DNA of 24,148 bases from Candidatus Methylomirabilia bacterium (GCA_041496385.1 JBGQEL010000060.1:1-24148); one strand, 5' to 3'; shown: positions 8,168-16,295, counted from the first letter of the stretch. Notes: generated by a model not told the origin, from the letters alone. A program made the numbers and translations.

Positions 8168-9022
8168 GTGGCAAGCCTGTCCGCGAATCGACACCGGGGC
8201 CGACATCTCACGGTCGGCGTGGACGTCGGGGGTACCTGGCTCCGCGTCGTCGCTACCCGAGGCGGCCGCCGCGTGGCGAGCGTCGTCACGCGCTCCGATC
8301 GCGACCTCGAGCGCCTGCCCCACATCCTGAGGGCGATCTGGCGGCGCCGCGGCTGGCGGCGCGGGGACGTCGCCGCACTCGCCGTCGCGTCGCGCTCCGT
8401 GTGGACCGCGCCGGAGCGACGCGCGCTCGCGCGGCGGCTCGCGGGGCTCGCCAGGCGCGCACGCGTCGTCCCGGACGCCCAGGCCGCGCTGCTCGGGGCG
8501 CTCGACGGCCGGGCCGGCGTGCTCGTCCTCGCCGGCACGGGCTCGATCGTGCTCGGCTACGACGGGCGCCGCTGGGCGCGCACGGGAGGGTTCGGCCCGT
8601 TCCTCGGGGACGAGGGCTCCGCCTTCTGGCTGGGGCGCGAGTGGCTCCGCCGCCGCACGGCGCGCGGGGGTCTGGACGCGCTCCTGCGCGTGGCGCACGC
8701 CCCCGACACGGTGGCCCGGGCCGCCGCGCTCGCGCCTCGTGTCCTCGCCCGCGCGCGGCGTGGCGATCGCGTCGCGCGGGCGATCGCGCGCGCGGGCCAG
8801 GCGGCGCTTGCCGCGCAGGCGCGTGCCGTCGCGCGGCGGCTCGCGCTGCGCCCGCCGGTCGTCATGAGCTGGGCGGGCAGCGTGCTCGACGACCGGTGGT
8901 TCCGAGCGGGACTCGCGCGCGCCGTCCGGCGCGCCGGGCTCCGCGCGCGGTGGCGGTCACCCGCGGCGACGCCCGTCGCCGCGGCCGTGCGGCTCGCGGA
9001 GCACCTGGCCGGCGAGGCGTGA
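8168..9022 (+). CDS. BadF/BadG/BcrA/BcrD family sugar kinase (GlcNAc/MurNAc kinase, MurK-like)
   Basis: Motifs GVDVGGT, PDAQAAL, VLAGTGS and GGFGPFLGDEGSAFWLG. Start is GTG 8168 or ATG 8159. Confidence 0.85.
   Translation: MASLSANRHRGRHLTVGVDVGGTWLRVVATRGGRRVASVVTRSDRDLERLPHILRAIWRRRGWRRGDVAALAVASRSVWTAPERRALARRLAGLARRARVVPDAQAALLGALDGRAGVLVLAGTGSIVLGYDGRRWARTGGFGPFLGDEGSAFWLGREWLRRRTARGGLDALLRVAHAPDTVARAAALAPRVLARARRGDRVARAIARAGQAALAAQARAVARRLALRPPVVMSWAGSVLDDRWFRAGLARAVRRAGLRARWRSPAATPVAAAVRLAEHLAGEA
8178..8196. promoter_or_regulatory. Second copy of the putative UAS
   Basis: TGTCCGCGAATCGACACCG is 15/19 identical to TGTCAGCAAACTGACACCG at 4137-4155 and sits at the same spacing from the -24 element. 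Confidence 0.55.
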
Positions 9023-9420
9023 CGGTGGCCGTCCGCCGGCTCGTCGTCACAGTGTGCCCGCGCGAGCGCGGCATAGTCGTCCTGCCCGTCGAGCGCGGCG
9101 GGCACACGGTCCGGCTCGACGCGCCGGCGATCCTCGAGCGGCTCCGCGGACTGGTCGCCGCGCGCGGGCTCGGCGACGACGTCCGTCTCCGGGAGGGCTG
9201 CGCCGGCGGCTGCGCGCGGGACGGGCCCAACGTCAATGTCGAGATCCTCCCGCCGCTGCGGCCCGGCGAGCGGCCGGACCACGTCGCGATCGACTGGAAG
9301 ACCTACGTCTACTCGCTCCCGACCCTCGCGTGCCTGGCGACCGTGATCGATGAGAACCTCGCGGGCTCGCGCCGGCCAGGCACTCAGCGCGCGCGCGGCC
9401 GGCGCGCCAGAAGCGCGTAG
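9019..9420 (+). CDS. Thioredoxin-like (2Fe-2S) ferredoxin-fold protein, 133 aa
   Basis: GTGA overlap with the kinase stop; VVTVC ... EGCAGGCARDGPNV resembles the TRX-like ferredoxin CxxxCxxGP motif. Confidence 0.6.
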   Translation: MTVAVRRLVVTVCPRERGIVVLPVERGGHTVRLDAPAILERLRGLVAARGLGDDVRLREGCAGGCARDGPNVNVEILPPLRPGERPDHVAIDWKTYVYSLPTLACLATVIDENLAGSRRPGTQRARGRRARSA

Positions 9421-10682
9421 GCGATCGGGCCGGAGACGGCGGCGAGCGTGCCGGCGATCGTGTTGCGCCAGCCGGCGGTGGCGAGCGCCCCGACGATGAA
9501 GAGCGTCGGAAAGACGACGACGATCCAGACGCCCGTGAATCCGCCCGGCACCCGCCACGGACGCGGCAGGTCCGGCGCGACGACGCGCAGCCAGACGAAC
9601 GCCGCGAGCTCGACGAGGAGCGCCAGCGAATAGAGCCAGACGTTGAGGACGATCAGCTCCTTGAACGAGAACGCCGCGAATCCCGCGTAGAACACGGCCG
9701 AGACGACGACGGCCACCCACGGTGTGCCGAAGCGCGGGTGCACGCGGCCGAGCCACTCCGGCATCGCGCGATCGCGCGCCAGGACGTAGGGCAGCCGCGA
9801 GTTCGTGAGCAGCAGCGACATGAACAGCCCCGCCGTGCTCACGACGGCCCCCGCCGCCACCGCGTGGCCCAGCCAGGCGCCCCCGACCGCGCGCGCGATC
9901 ACCGGCAGCGCCCCCGTGGTCCAGGCGCTCCACTCCACGGCGCCGGTCGAGAGCGCCACGGCGATCGGCAGCACGTAGGATACGGTGAGCACGGGCAGCG
10001 CGAGCAGCGCCGCGAGGCGGAAGGTCCGCTCGGGCGCCTGCGTCTCCCCGAGGAGCGTGGCGGGCGTGTCCCATCCCGAGTAGTTCCACATGACGACCGC
10101 GAGGCCGAGCCCGAGCGCCGCTAGCTCCTGGCCCGGCGGCGCCAGCGGAACCCACGGCGCAGTGCGGACGGCGCCCAGACCGACGACGGTGAGCGCGGCG
10201 ACCGGGAGGAGCCCCGCGACGGCGAGGCCGACGGCCGCGCGACCCGTGGGCCGCACGCCGAGCACGTTCAGCGTGGTCAGCATCGCGATGAACGCGAGCA
10301 CGAAGAGCCAGCGCGTGCCCCCGGTCATGGCGGGGTACCAGAACCGCACGTACTCGACGAAGAGCGCGGGATAGACGGCGACGTCCACGAAGCTGTCGAT
10401 CCAGCTCCACCACCCGACCTGGAATCCCCAGAAAGATCCGAACGCGCGACGGGTCCAGACGACGTAGCCGCCCTCCTCCGGCATCGCGGTGGCGAGCTCG
10501 GACATGACGAGCGCGACGGGAAGGCTCCAGAAGAGCGGCGTGAGGACCAGGAGGACCAGCGTCATCCCGGGGCCGAAGGACGGCACCACGTCCTCGATCC
10601 CGTAGGGACCGCCGCCGACGTTGAAGAAGAAGACGGCGGCGAGCGGGAGAACGCTGAGCTGGCGCCGCAGCCCGCCCGTCAG
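9384..10682 (-). CDS. APC superfamily permease (polyamine:H+ symporter-like)
   Basis: Multiple TM helices; motifs GGPYGIED, ELATAMPEEGGYVVW, WNYSGWD, NSRLPYVLA, RFGTPWV and RPWRVPGG. The coding frame extends upstream of the ORF call to CTG 10682. Confidence 0.88.
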   Translation of the reverse strand: MTGGLRRQLSVLPLAAVFFFNVGGGPYGIEDVVPSFGPGMTLVLLVLTPLFWSLPVALVMSELATAMPEEGGYVVWTRRAFGSFWGFQVGWWSWIDSFVDVAVYPALFVEYVRFWYPAMTGGTRWLFVLAFIAMLTTLNVLGVRPTGRAAVGLAVAGLLPVAALTVVGLGAVRTAPWVPLAPPGQELAALGLGLAVVMWNYSGWDTPATLLGETQAPERTFRLAALLALPVLTVSYVLPIAVALSTGAVEWSAWTTGALPVIARAVGGAWLGHAVAAGAVVSTAGLFMSLLLTNSRLPYVLARDRAMPEWLGRVHPRFGTPWVAVVVSAVFYAGFAAFSFKELIVLNVWLYSLALLVELAAFVWLRVVAPDLPRPWRVPGGFTGVWIVVVFPTLFIVGALATAGWRNTIAGTLAAVSGPIAYALLARRPRAR

Positions 10683-10683
10683 G

Positions 10684-10908
10684 TCAGCGCCCCTGGGCGG
10701 CGGCGAGCAGCGGCGGCAGGTCCTTGACCCACTCCTCGATCGGGCGCGCGGCGTCCACGACGATCTCGAGCTTTCCGTTCGGCAGCTTCCTCACGCGACC
10801 GGGAACGGCCGGGCCGAGCGGGATGACCAGCTGCTCGCGGTGGATGCCGAGCGCGTCGGTCACCACGAAGATCGCGTCGATCTCCTTCAGCGTGACGACC
10901 TCAAGCAC
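10684..10908 (-). CDS. Small hypothetical protein, 74 aa
   Basis: GAGGA SD before GTG; protein-like composition (MLEVVTLKEIDAIFVVTDALGIHRE...); strong GC3 bias; stop lies 1 nt before the APC gene start. Confidence 0.75.
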   Translation of the reverse strand: MLEVVTLKEIDAIFVVTDALGIHREQLVIPLGPAVPGRVRKLPNGKLEIVVDAARPIEEWVKDLPPLLAAAQGR

Positions 10909-10967
10909 CGACGATCCTCGGCATGACGGCCCGTCCTCCTCGTTCGCCTGCTAGACTAATCAACGTC

Positions 10968-11927
10968 GTGCGCGAACGCGAGGGCGAAAAGATCCGCCTC
11001 GGCGTTTCCTCCTGTCTGCTCGGCGAGGAGGTCCGCCACGACGGCGGACACAAGAAGGACGCCTTCCTCGTCGAGACCCTCGGGCCCTTCGTCGAATGGG
11101 TGCCCGTCTGCCCCGAGGTCGAAATCGGGCTCGGCATCCCGCGCGACACGATCCGGCTGGTCGGCGACGCGCGGCAGCCGCGGCTCGTCGTCCAGAAGAC
11201 GGGGGAGGACCTCACCGACCGCATGCGACGCTTCGCGCGCGCGCGGACGCGCGAGCTGGAGGCGCTCGGCCTCCACGGCTACGTGCTCAAGCGCGCCTCG
11301 CCCTCCTGCGGTCTCTTCCGCGTCCGTGTCCACCGCGAGGGCGGCATGCCGAAGCACGCCGGGCGGGGGCTCTACGCGCAGGCGCTCGTCGAGCGCTGGC
11401 CGGCGCTCCCGGTCGAGGAGGAGGGCCGGCTCGCCGACGCGGCGATCCGCGATAACTTCATCGAGCGGGTCTTCGCGACCGCCCGCTGGCGGGCATTTCG
11501 CGCGCGTGCGCCCAGGCCCCGCGACCTCGTCCGTTTCCACGCCGCGCAGAAGTTCGCCCTCCTCGCGCACAGCCCCGCGCAGTACGCCACGCTCGGGCGT
11601 CTCGTCGCCACCGCGGGGTCGCTCACCGGCGAGACGCTGGCCCGGTATGGCACGCGCTTCATGGAGGCGCTCACCGTCCCGGCCACGCGCGCCCGGCACG
11701 CGAACGTGCTGCAGCATCTGGCGGGCTTCTTCAAGCGCGAGCTCGACGCTCCGGCGCGCGCGGAGCTCGCCGGGGTTATCCACGACTACCGGCGGGGCCT
11801 CGTGCCGCTCGTCGTCCCGCTCACGCTCCTGAAGCACTACGTGCGCCGCTTCGACGTGACGTACCTCGCGGACCAGGTCTACCTCGATCCGCACCCGAAG
11901 GAGCTGATGCTCCGGAGCCACGTGTAG
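10968..11927 (+). CDS. YbgA-family DUF523 (TudS)-DUF1722 fusion, RudS-like thiouridine desulfidase
   Basis: Motifs GVSSCLLGEEVRHDGGHK, VCPEVEIGLGIPR, LKRASPSCG, PVEEEGRL, FHAAQK..LLAHSP, NVLQHLAGFFK and YLDPHPKELMLR. Start uncertain (10923 or 10968). Confidence 0.9.
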   Translation: MREREGEKIRLGVSSCLLGEEVRHDGGHKKDAFLVETLGPFVEWVPVCPEVEIGLGIPRDTIRLVGDARQPRLVVQKTGEDLTDRMRRFARARTRELEALGLHGYVLKRASPSCGLFRVRVHREGGMPKHAGRGLYAQALVERWPALPVEEEGRLADAAIRDNFIERVFATARWRAFRARAPRPRDLVRFHAAQKFALLAHSPAQYATLGRLVATAGSLTGETLARYGTRFMEALTVPATRARHANVLQHLAGFFKRELDAPARAELAGVIHDYRRGLVPLVVPLTLLKHYVRRFDVTYLADQVYLDPHPKELMLRSHV

Positions 11928-11941
11928 TACCATTCCGGTCG

Positions 11942-12928
11942 ATGCCCTACGACTACAGTCGCTACTTCGGCGAGATCGCGGCGACGCACGACCTCACGAC
12001 GCTGCCGGGCGAGCGGACGTGGCGCCTCGCCCCGCCCGGCCGCGACGCGGAGCCGCACGAGATCGTGCTCTACCTCGGCTGCAACGTCCTCCGGACCTCG
12101 CACATGGTCCAGACGATCGCCGCGATCTTCGACCGACTCGGCCTCGACTACGTCGCCGTCGGGGGTCCCACGTACTGCTGCGGGATCCAGCACCACAAGA
12201 ACGGCGACCTGAAGGCGGCGGACGGCATGAGCCACCGCACCCTCGAGCTCTTCGGCCGCTACCGGCCGAAGGAGGTCGTGATGTGGTGCCCGTCCTGCAT
12301 CTACTTCTACGACGAGGTCCAGCAGATCCGGCTGCCGTTCCCGTTCCGCCACGCGACCGAGTTCCTGGTGGCGCAGCTCCCGCGGCTCACGTTCACCCGC
12401 GAGGTGCGGGCGCGTGTCGCGCTGCACCGTCATTCCCAGAGCGAGCCGCGCCGTCGTGAGGGGGTGGCGGGCCGTCAGCTCCTCGAGGCTCTCCCGGGGC
12501 TCCGCTACGTCGAGGTCGAGCCGGAGCCGCGCTTCGGTCGTCTCTGCACGGCCGACGTCCAGGCGCAGCTCGGGCCGGACGTCTGGAACGGCCTCGTCCT
12601 CGACGAGATCGACCGGGCGCGCGCGGCGGGCGCGGACACGCTGGCCACGATCTACCACGGCTGCCAGCGGCTCATCTGCGGCTTCGAGACCGAGCGCCCG
12701 ATCGCGATCGAGCACTACCTGTCCGTGTTCGCGCGCGGCCTGGGCATCGAGTTCGAGGACAAGTACAAGAAGTACCGGCTCTGGCAGGACCCCGAGCGCG
12801 TCCTGGCCGACGCGACGCCCTGCCAGCAGGCGAACCACGTCGACCCCGCGCGCGCCCGGCGGCTCGTCGAGGCGACGTTCGGGCGCCGCCCGCCGGCGGC
12901 CCCCGCCGGCGACGCCTCGCCTTCCTAG
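11942..12928 (+). CDS. Cysteine-rich (CCG domain) Fe-S binding protein, HdrB/HdrD-related
   Basis: YLGC...YCCG...WCPSC first CCG domain; second domain degenerate (LCT...YHGC). Confidence 0.8.
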   Translation: MPYDYSRYFGEIAATHDLTTLPGERTWRLAPPGRDAEPHEIVLYLGCNVLRTSHMVQTIAAIFDRLGLDYVAVGGPTYCCGIQHHKNGDLKAADGMSHRTLELFGRYRPKEVVMWCPSCIYFYDEVQQIRLPFPFRHATEFLVAQLPRLTFTREVRARVALHRHSQSEPRRREGVAGRQLLEALPGLRYVEVEPEPRFGRLCTADVQAQLGPDVWNGLVLDEIDRARAAGADTLATIYHGCQRLICGFETERPIAIEHYLSVFARGLGIEFEDKYKKYRLWQDPERVLADATPCQQANHVDPARARRLVEATFGRRPPAAPAGDASPS

Positions 12929-14343
12929 GCGGCGGCCGGGCTCGGGTCCAGCGCCCGCTCGGCGGCGGCCTCGCCCGACCTGATGCAGTCGGCGATGCCG
13001 ACGCCGCGATACGCTCCCCCCGCGAGGCCAAGGCCCGGCAGCCGGGCGACGTGCCGTTCGATCGTCTCGACGCGCGCCAGGTGCCCCACGTGGTACTGCG
13101 GCATCGCGCCGGGCCAGCGGAAGAGGCGCGCGAGGACGGGCTCCGCGGTGATACCCATCGCCTGGCGCAGCTCGTCGCGCGCCCGGTCGACGAGCGTGGC
13201 GTCGTCGAGCGCAAGGATCTCCTCGTCGAGCGCGCCGCCCACGAAGCAGCGCAGCAGCGCGTGGCCCTCGGGCGCCCGCCCGGGGTACTTCACGCTCGAG
13301 AACGTGCACGCGATGAGCGCCCGGCGCTCGGCGCGCGGCACGACAAAGCCGAAGCCGTCGAGCGGGTGCGGCACGTCGCCGCGGCGATACCCGAGCGAGA
13401 TCGTCGCCGAGGACGCGTAGGGAATCTCGCCCAGGAGCGTCGCGAGCGCCGGGTCCGTGTAGCGGAGCAGCCGGACGGCGGCGTGCGCCTCGCTCGTCAC
13501 GATCACGCGGTCGGCCTCGATCGGGCCGACGGCGTCGATCGACACGCGCCAGCGCCCGCCCTGGCGCTCGAGCCCGGCGACGCGGTGCTTCACGAGCGCC
13601 GCGCCCACGGGGAGGCGCGCGGCGAGCGTCGCCACGAGCTCCTCCATGCCCTCGCGGAACGTGACGAAGAGACTCCAGCGCGCGCCGCTCGTCCCCCGCT
13701 GCGGCGCCCGGCGGGCCGCCCGCCACAGCGCCAGGACGATCGAGCGCTCGCGCTTCTCCAGCTCGAGGAAGCGCGGCATGGTCGCGGCGAGGGAGAGATC
13801 GTCCGGATCGGCGGTGTAGATACCGGCGACGAGCGGCTGCGCGACGCGCTCGAGCGCCTCGCGGCCGAGCCGGCGGCGCACGAACGCGCCGAGGCTCTCG
13901 TCGTCGGCGTGGCCGCGCGGAAGCACCGCGTCGAGCGCCATCCGGAGCTTGCCCGGCCAGGAAAAGAGCCGCGACCTCAGGAAGGGGCCGAACCGCGTCG
14001 GCGCGAGTAGCTGGAAGCCGTCGGGCAGCGGGTGGAGCCGGCCCGCGCGCCAGACGAAGACCTTCCTGAAGCGATCGTCGGTGCGTGTCAACCGGTCGAG
14101 GACGCCGAGCCGCCGGCAGAGGGCGAGCGCCCAGGGCTTCTCGGAGAGGAACGAGTCGGGCCCCGCCTCGACGAGGAAGCCGCCGACGCGCTCGGTCGCG
14201 ATCGTGCCGCCGAGCCGCTCGCGCGCCTCCAGGAGCGTGAGATCGAGCGCGAGTCCGCGCTCGCGCGCCAGCTCGACGGCGCGATGCGCCGCCGCGAGCC
14301 CCGCGATGCCCCCGCCCACGACGACGAGCCTGAGCGGTGTCAC
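12925..14343 (-). CDS. hemY: HemY-type proto-/coproporphyrinogen oxidase
   Basis: GGGIAGLAAA FAD motif; EAGPDSF, PLVAGIY, GFGFVVP, FSSVKYPGRAP, AMPQYHVGH and YRGVGIADCI. Confidence 0.95.
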   Translation of the reverse strand: MTPLRLVVVGGGIAGLAAAHRAVELARERGLALDLTLLEARERLGGTIATERVGGFLVEAGPDSFLSEKPWALALCRRLGVLDRLTRTDDRFRKVFVWRAGRLHPLPDGFQLLAPTRFGPFLRSRLFSWPGKLRMALDAVLPRGHADDESLGAFVRRRLGREALERVAQPLVAGIYTADPDDLSLAATMPRFLELEKRERSIVLALWRAARRAPQRGTSGARWSLFVTFREGMEELVATLAARLPVGAALVKHRVAGLERQGGRWRVSIDAVGPIEADRVIVTSEAHAAVRLLRYTDPALATLLGEIPYASSATISLGYRRGDVPHPLDGFGFVVPRAERRALIACTFSSVKYPGRAPEGHALLRCFVGGALDEEILALDDATLVDRARDELRQAMGITAEPVLARLFRWPGAMPQYHVGHLARVETIERHVARLPGLGLAGGAYRGVGIADCIRSGEAAAERALDPSPAAA

Positions 14344-15251
14344 GCGGCGTGTCTCACGAGGCCCGCGAGCATCGCGATGAAGGCGGGATGGTCGTTGACG
14401 GCGGCGGCGCGGTGAAGCGTCAGGCCACGCCCGGCCGCGACGGCGCGCGCCTCGACGTCGAGGTCGTAGAGCACCTCGACGTGGTCACAGACGAACCCGA
14501 GTGGTGAGACGACGACGTGGCGCGCGCCCTCGGCGGCCAGCCGCTGCAGCACCGCCCCGATGTCGGGCTCGAGCCACGGATCCCGCGGGCCGCCGCTCCG
14601 GCTCTGGTAGGCGAGCGTCCCCACGGCGCGGCCGAGCCGTCGCGCGACGGCGGCCGCGGCGGCGGTGAAGTCGGCGACGTAGGGCGAGGCCGCGGCCATG
14701 GCTGCGGGGATGCTGTGGGCGGTGAAGACGAGCGGCGTTCCCGCGCGCTCGGCCGCCGGCACCTCGGCGAGCGCCGCCGCCGCGCGATCGGCGGCCGCCT
14801 CGACGAATCCGGGATGGGCACCCCACCCCGGCGCCCAGACGATCTCGGGCGCGCCGCCGACGCGCGCGCGCGCGTCGGCGACGTCCTGCTGGTAGCGATC
14901 CCACGACGCCTCCGAGCGGAACGACGACAGGATGATGCCGAGGGCACGCTTGACACCCTGCGCCGTCATCTCGGCGAGCGTCTCGTGCAGGAACGGGCGC
15001 CAGTTGCGCATGCCGACGAAGACGGGCGGCGCCGGGCCGTCCGCGGCGAGCGCCCGTTCCAGCGCGCGCGCCTGGGCGAACGTCAGCGCGTTCAGCGGCG
15101 AGCGCCCGCCCGGCATCCGCTCGTAGTGGCGCGCGACCTGCTCCAGGCGCTCGGGCGGAATCCCGCGGCCGCGCGTGACGATCTCGAGAAACGGGCGGAT
15201 CTCGTCGGGCGCCGTCGGCCCGCCGAAGGCGACCAGCAAGACGGCGTCCAT
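14340..15251 (-). CDS. hemH: Ferrochelatase
   Basis: Motifs LLVAFGGP, GMRNWRPF, FTAHSIP, YQSRSG..PWLEPD and GFVCDHVEVLYDLD. Start is ATG 15251 (TGATG overlap) or GTG 15254. Confidence 0.95.
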   Translation of the reverse strand: MDAVLLVAFGGPTAPDEIRPFLEIVTRGRGIPPERLEQVARHYERMPGGRSPLNALTFAQARALERALAADGPAPPVFVGMRNWRPFLHETLAEMTAQGVKRALGIILSSFRSEASWDRYQQDVADARARVGGAPEIVWAPGWGAHPGFVEAAADRAAAALAEVPAAERAGTPLVFTAHSIPAAMAAASPYVADFTAAAAAVARRLGRAVGTLAYQSRSGGPRDPWLEPDIGAVLQRLAAEGARHVVVSPLGFVCDHVEVLYDLDVEARAVAAGRGLTLHRAAAVNDHPAFIAMLAGLVRHAA

Positions 15252-16288
15252 CACCGGCGGTCGGAGAGCTCGTGGACGAGATCCACGAGCGCCTTGACGT
15301 GCTCGACCGGCGTCTCCTGCAGCACGCCGTGGCCGAGGTTAAAGATGTGACCCGGGCGCCCGCCGGCGCGGTCGAGGATGTCCTTCACGCGCTGGCGGAT
15401 GTAGGGCGGCTTCGCGAGGAGCACCGCGGGGTCGAGGTTCCCCTGCACGGCGACGTCGTGGCCCACGGTCGCCCACGCCGTGTCGAGATCGACGCGCCAG
15501 TCGAGGCCGATCACATCGCCCCCGGCCGCGCGCATCCACGGGAGCAGCGCGGCCGTGCCCGTGCCGAAGTGGATGACCGGCGCGCCCGGCGTCAGGGCAT
15601 CGACCAGCGCGCGGACGTGGGGCAGGACGAACGCGCGGTAGTCGTCGGGCGCGAGCGCGCCCACCCACGAGTCGAAGAGCTGCACCGCCGCGGCGCCCGC
15701 CGCGAGCTGGCCGTTCAGGTAGCGCGCGGTCGCGTCCGCGAGGATCTCCATGAGCCGGTGCCACGCCTCGGGCTCCTCGTACATCAGGCGCTTCACGTGG
15801 AGATAGTCGCGCGAGGGGCCGCCCTCGACGAGGTAGGACGCGACGGTGAACGGCGCGCCGGCGAAGCCGATGAGCGGCACCGTGTCCCCGAGGGCCCGCG
15901 CCACGCGACGCGCGGTCTCGAACACGAAGCCGACCGCGCTCTCGACGTCGATGGGTGCCAGCCGCGCGACGTCGCCCGCGCCCCTCAGGGGGCGGTGGAT
16001 CACGGGCCCCTCGCCCTTGGCGAACTCGAGCCCCACCCCGAGCGGCTCGACGATCAGCAGGATGTCGGCGAAGAGAATCGCCGCGTCCACGCCGAGACGC
16101 TCGACGGGCTGGAGCGTCACCTCGGCCGCGGCCTCGGGATTCTTGCACAGCTCGAGGAAGCCGTGCTTCGCGCGCAGCGCGCGATACTCCGGCATGTAGC
16201 GGCCCGCCTGGCGCATGAGCCACACGGGCGTGTACGGGACCGGTTCCCGCCGCGCGGCGCGGAGAAACGGCGCGTCTGGCAGAGGCAC
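15251..16288 (-). CDS. hemE: Uroporphyrinogen decarboxylase
   Basis: Motifs PVWLMRQAGRYMPEYR, DAAILFADIL, LIGFAGAPFT, QLFDSW, QGNLDP and IFNLGHG. Start placed at GTG 16288. Confidence 0.96.
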   Translation of the reverse strand: MPLPDAPFLRAARREPVPYTPVWLMRQAGRYMPEYRALRAKHGFLELCKNPEAAAEVTLQPVERLGVDAAILFADILLIVEPLGVGLEFAKGEGPVIHRPLRGAGDVARLAPIDVESAVGFVFETARRVARALGDTVPLIGFAGAPFTVASYLVEGGPSRDYLHVKRLMYEEPEAWHRLMEILADATARYLNGQLAAGAAAVQLFDSWVGALAPDDYRAFVLPHVRALVDALTPGAPVIHFGTGTAALLPWMRAAGGDVIGLDWRVDLDTAWATVGHDVAVQGNLDPAVLLAKPPYIRQRVKDILDRAGGRPGHIFNLGHGVLQETPVEHVKALVDLVHELSDRR

Positions 16289-16295
16289 GCAACAA

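Noticed and set aside
8168..9022. Very high Arg content of the kinase, MurQ and YcaQ
   Set aside because: Explained by GC-driven amino-acid bias.
8104..9420. 438-aa ORF
   Set aside because: Off-frame shadow of the kinase; only 9019-9420 is protein-like.
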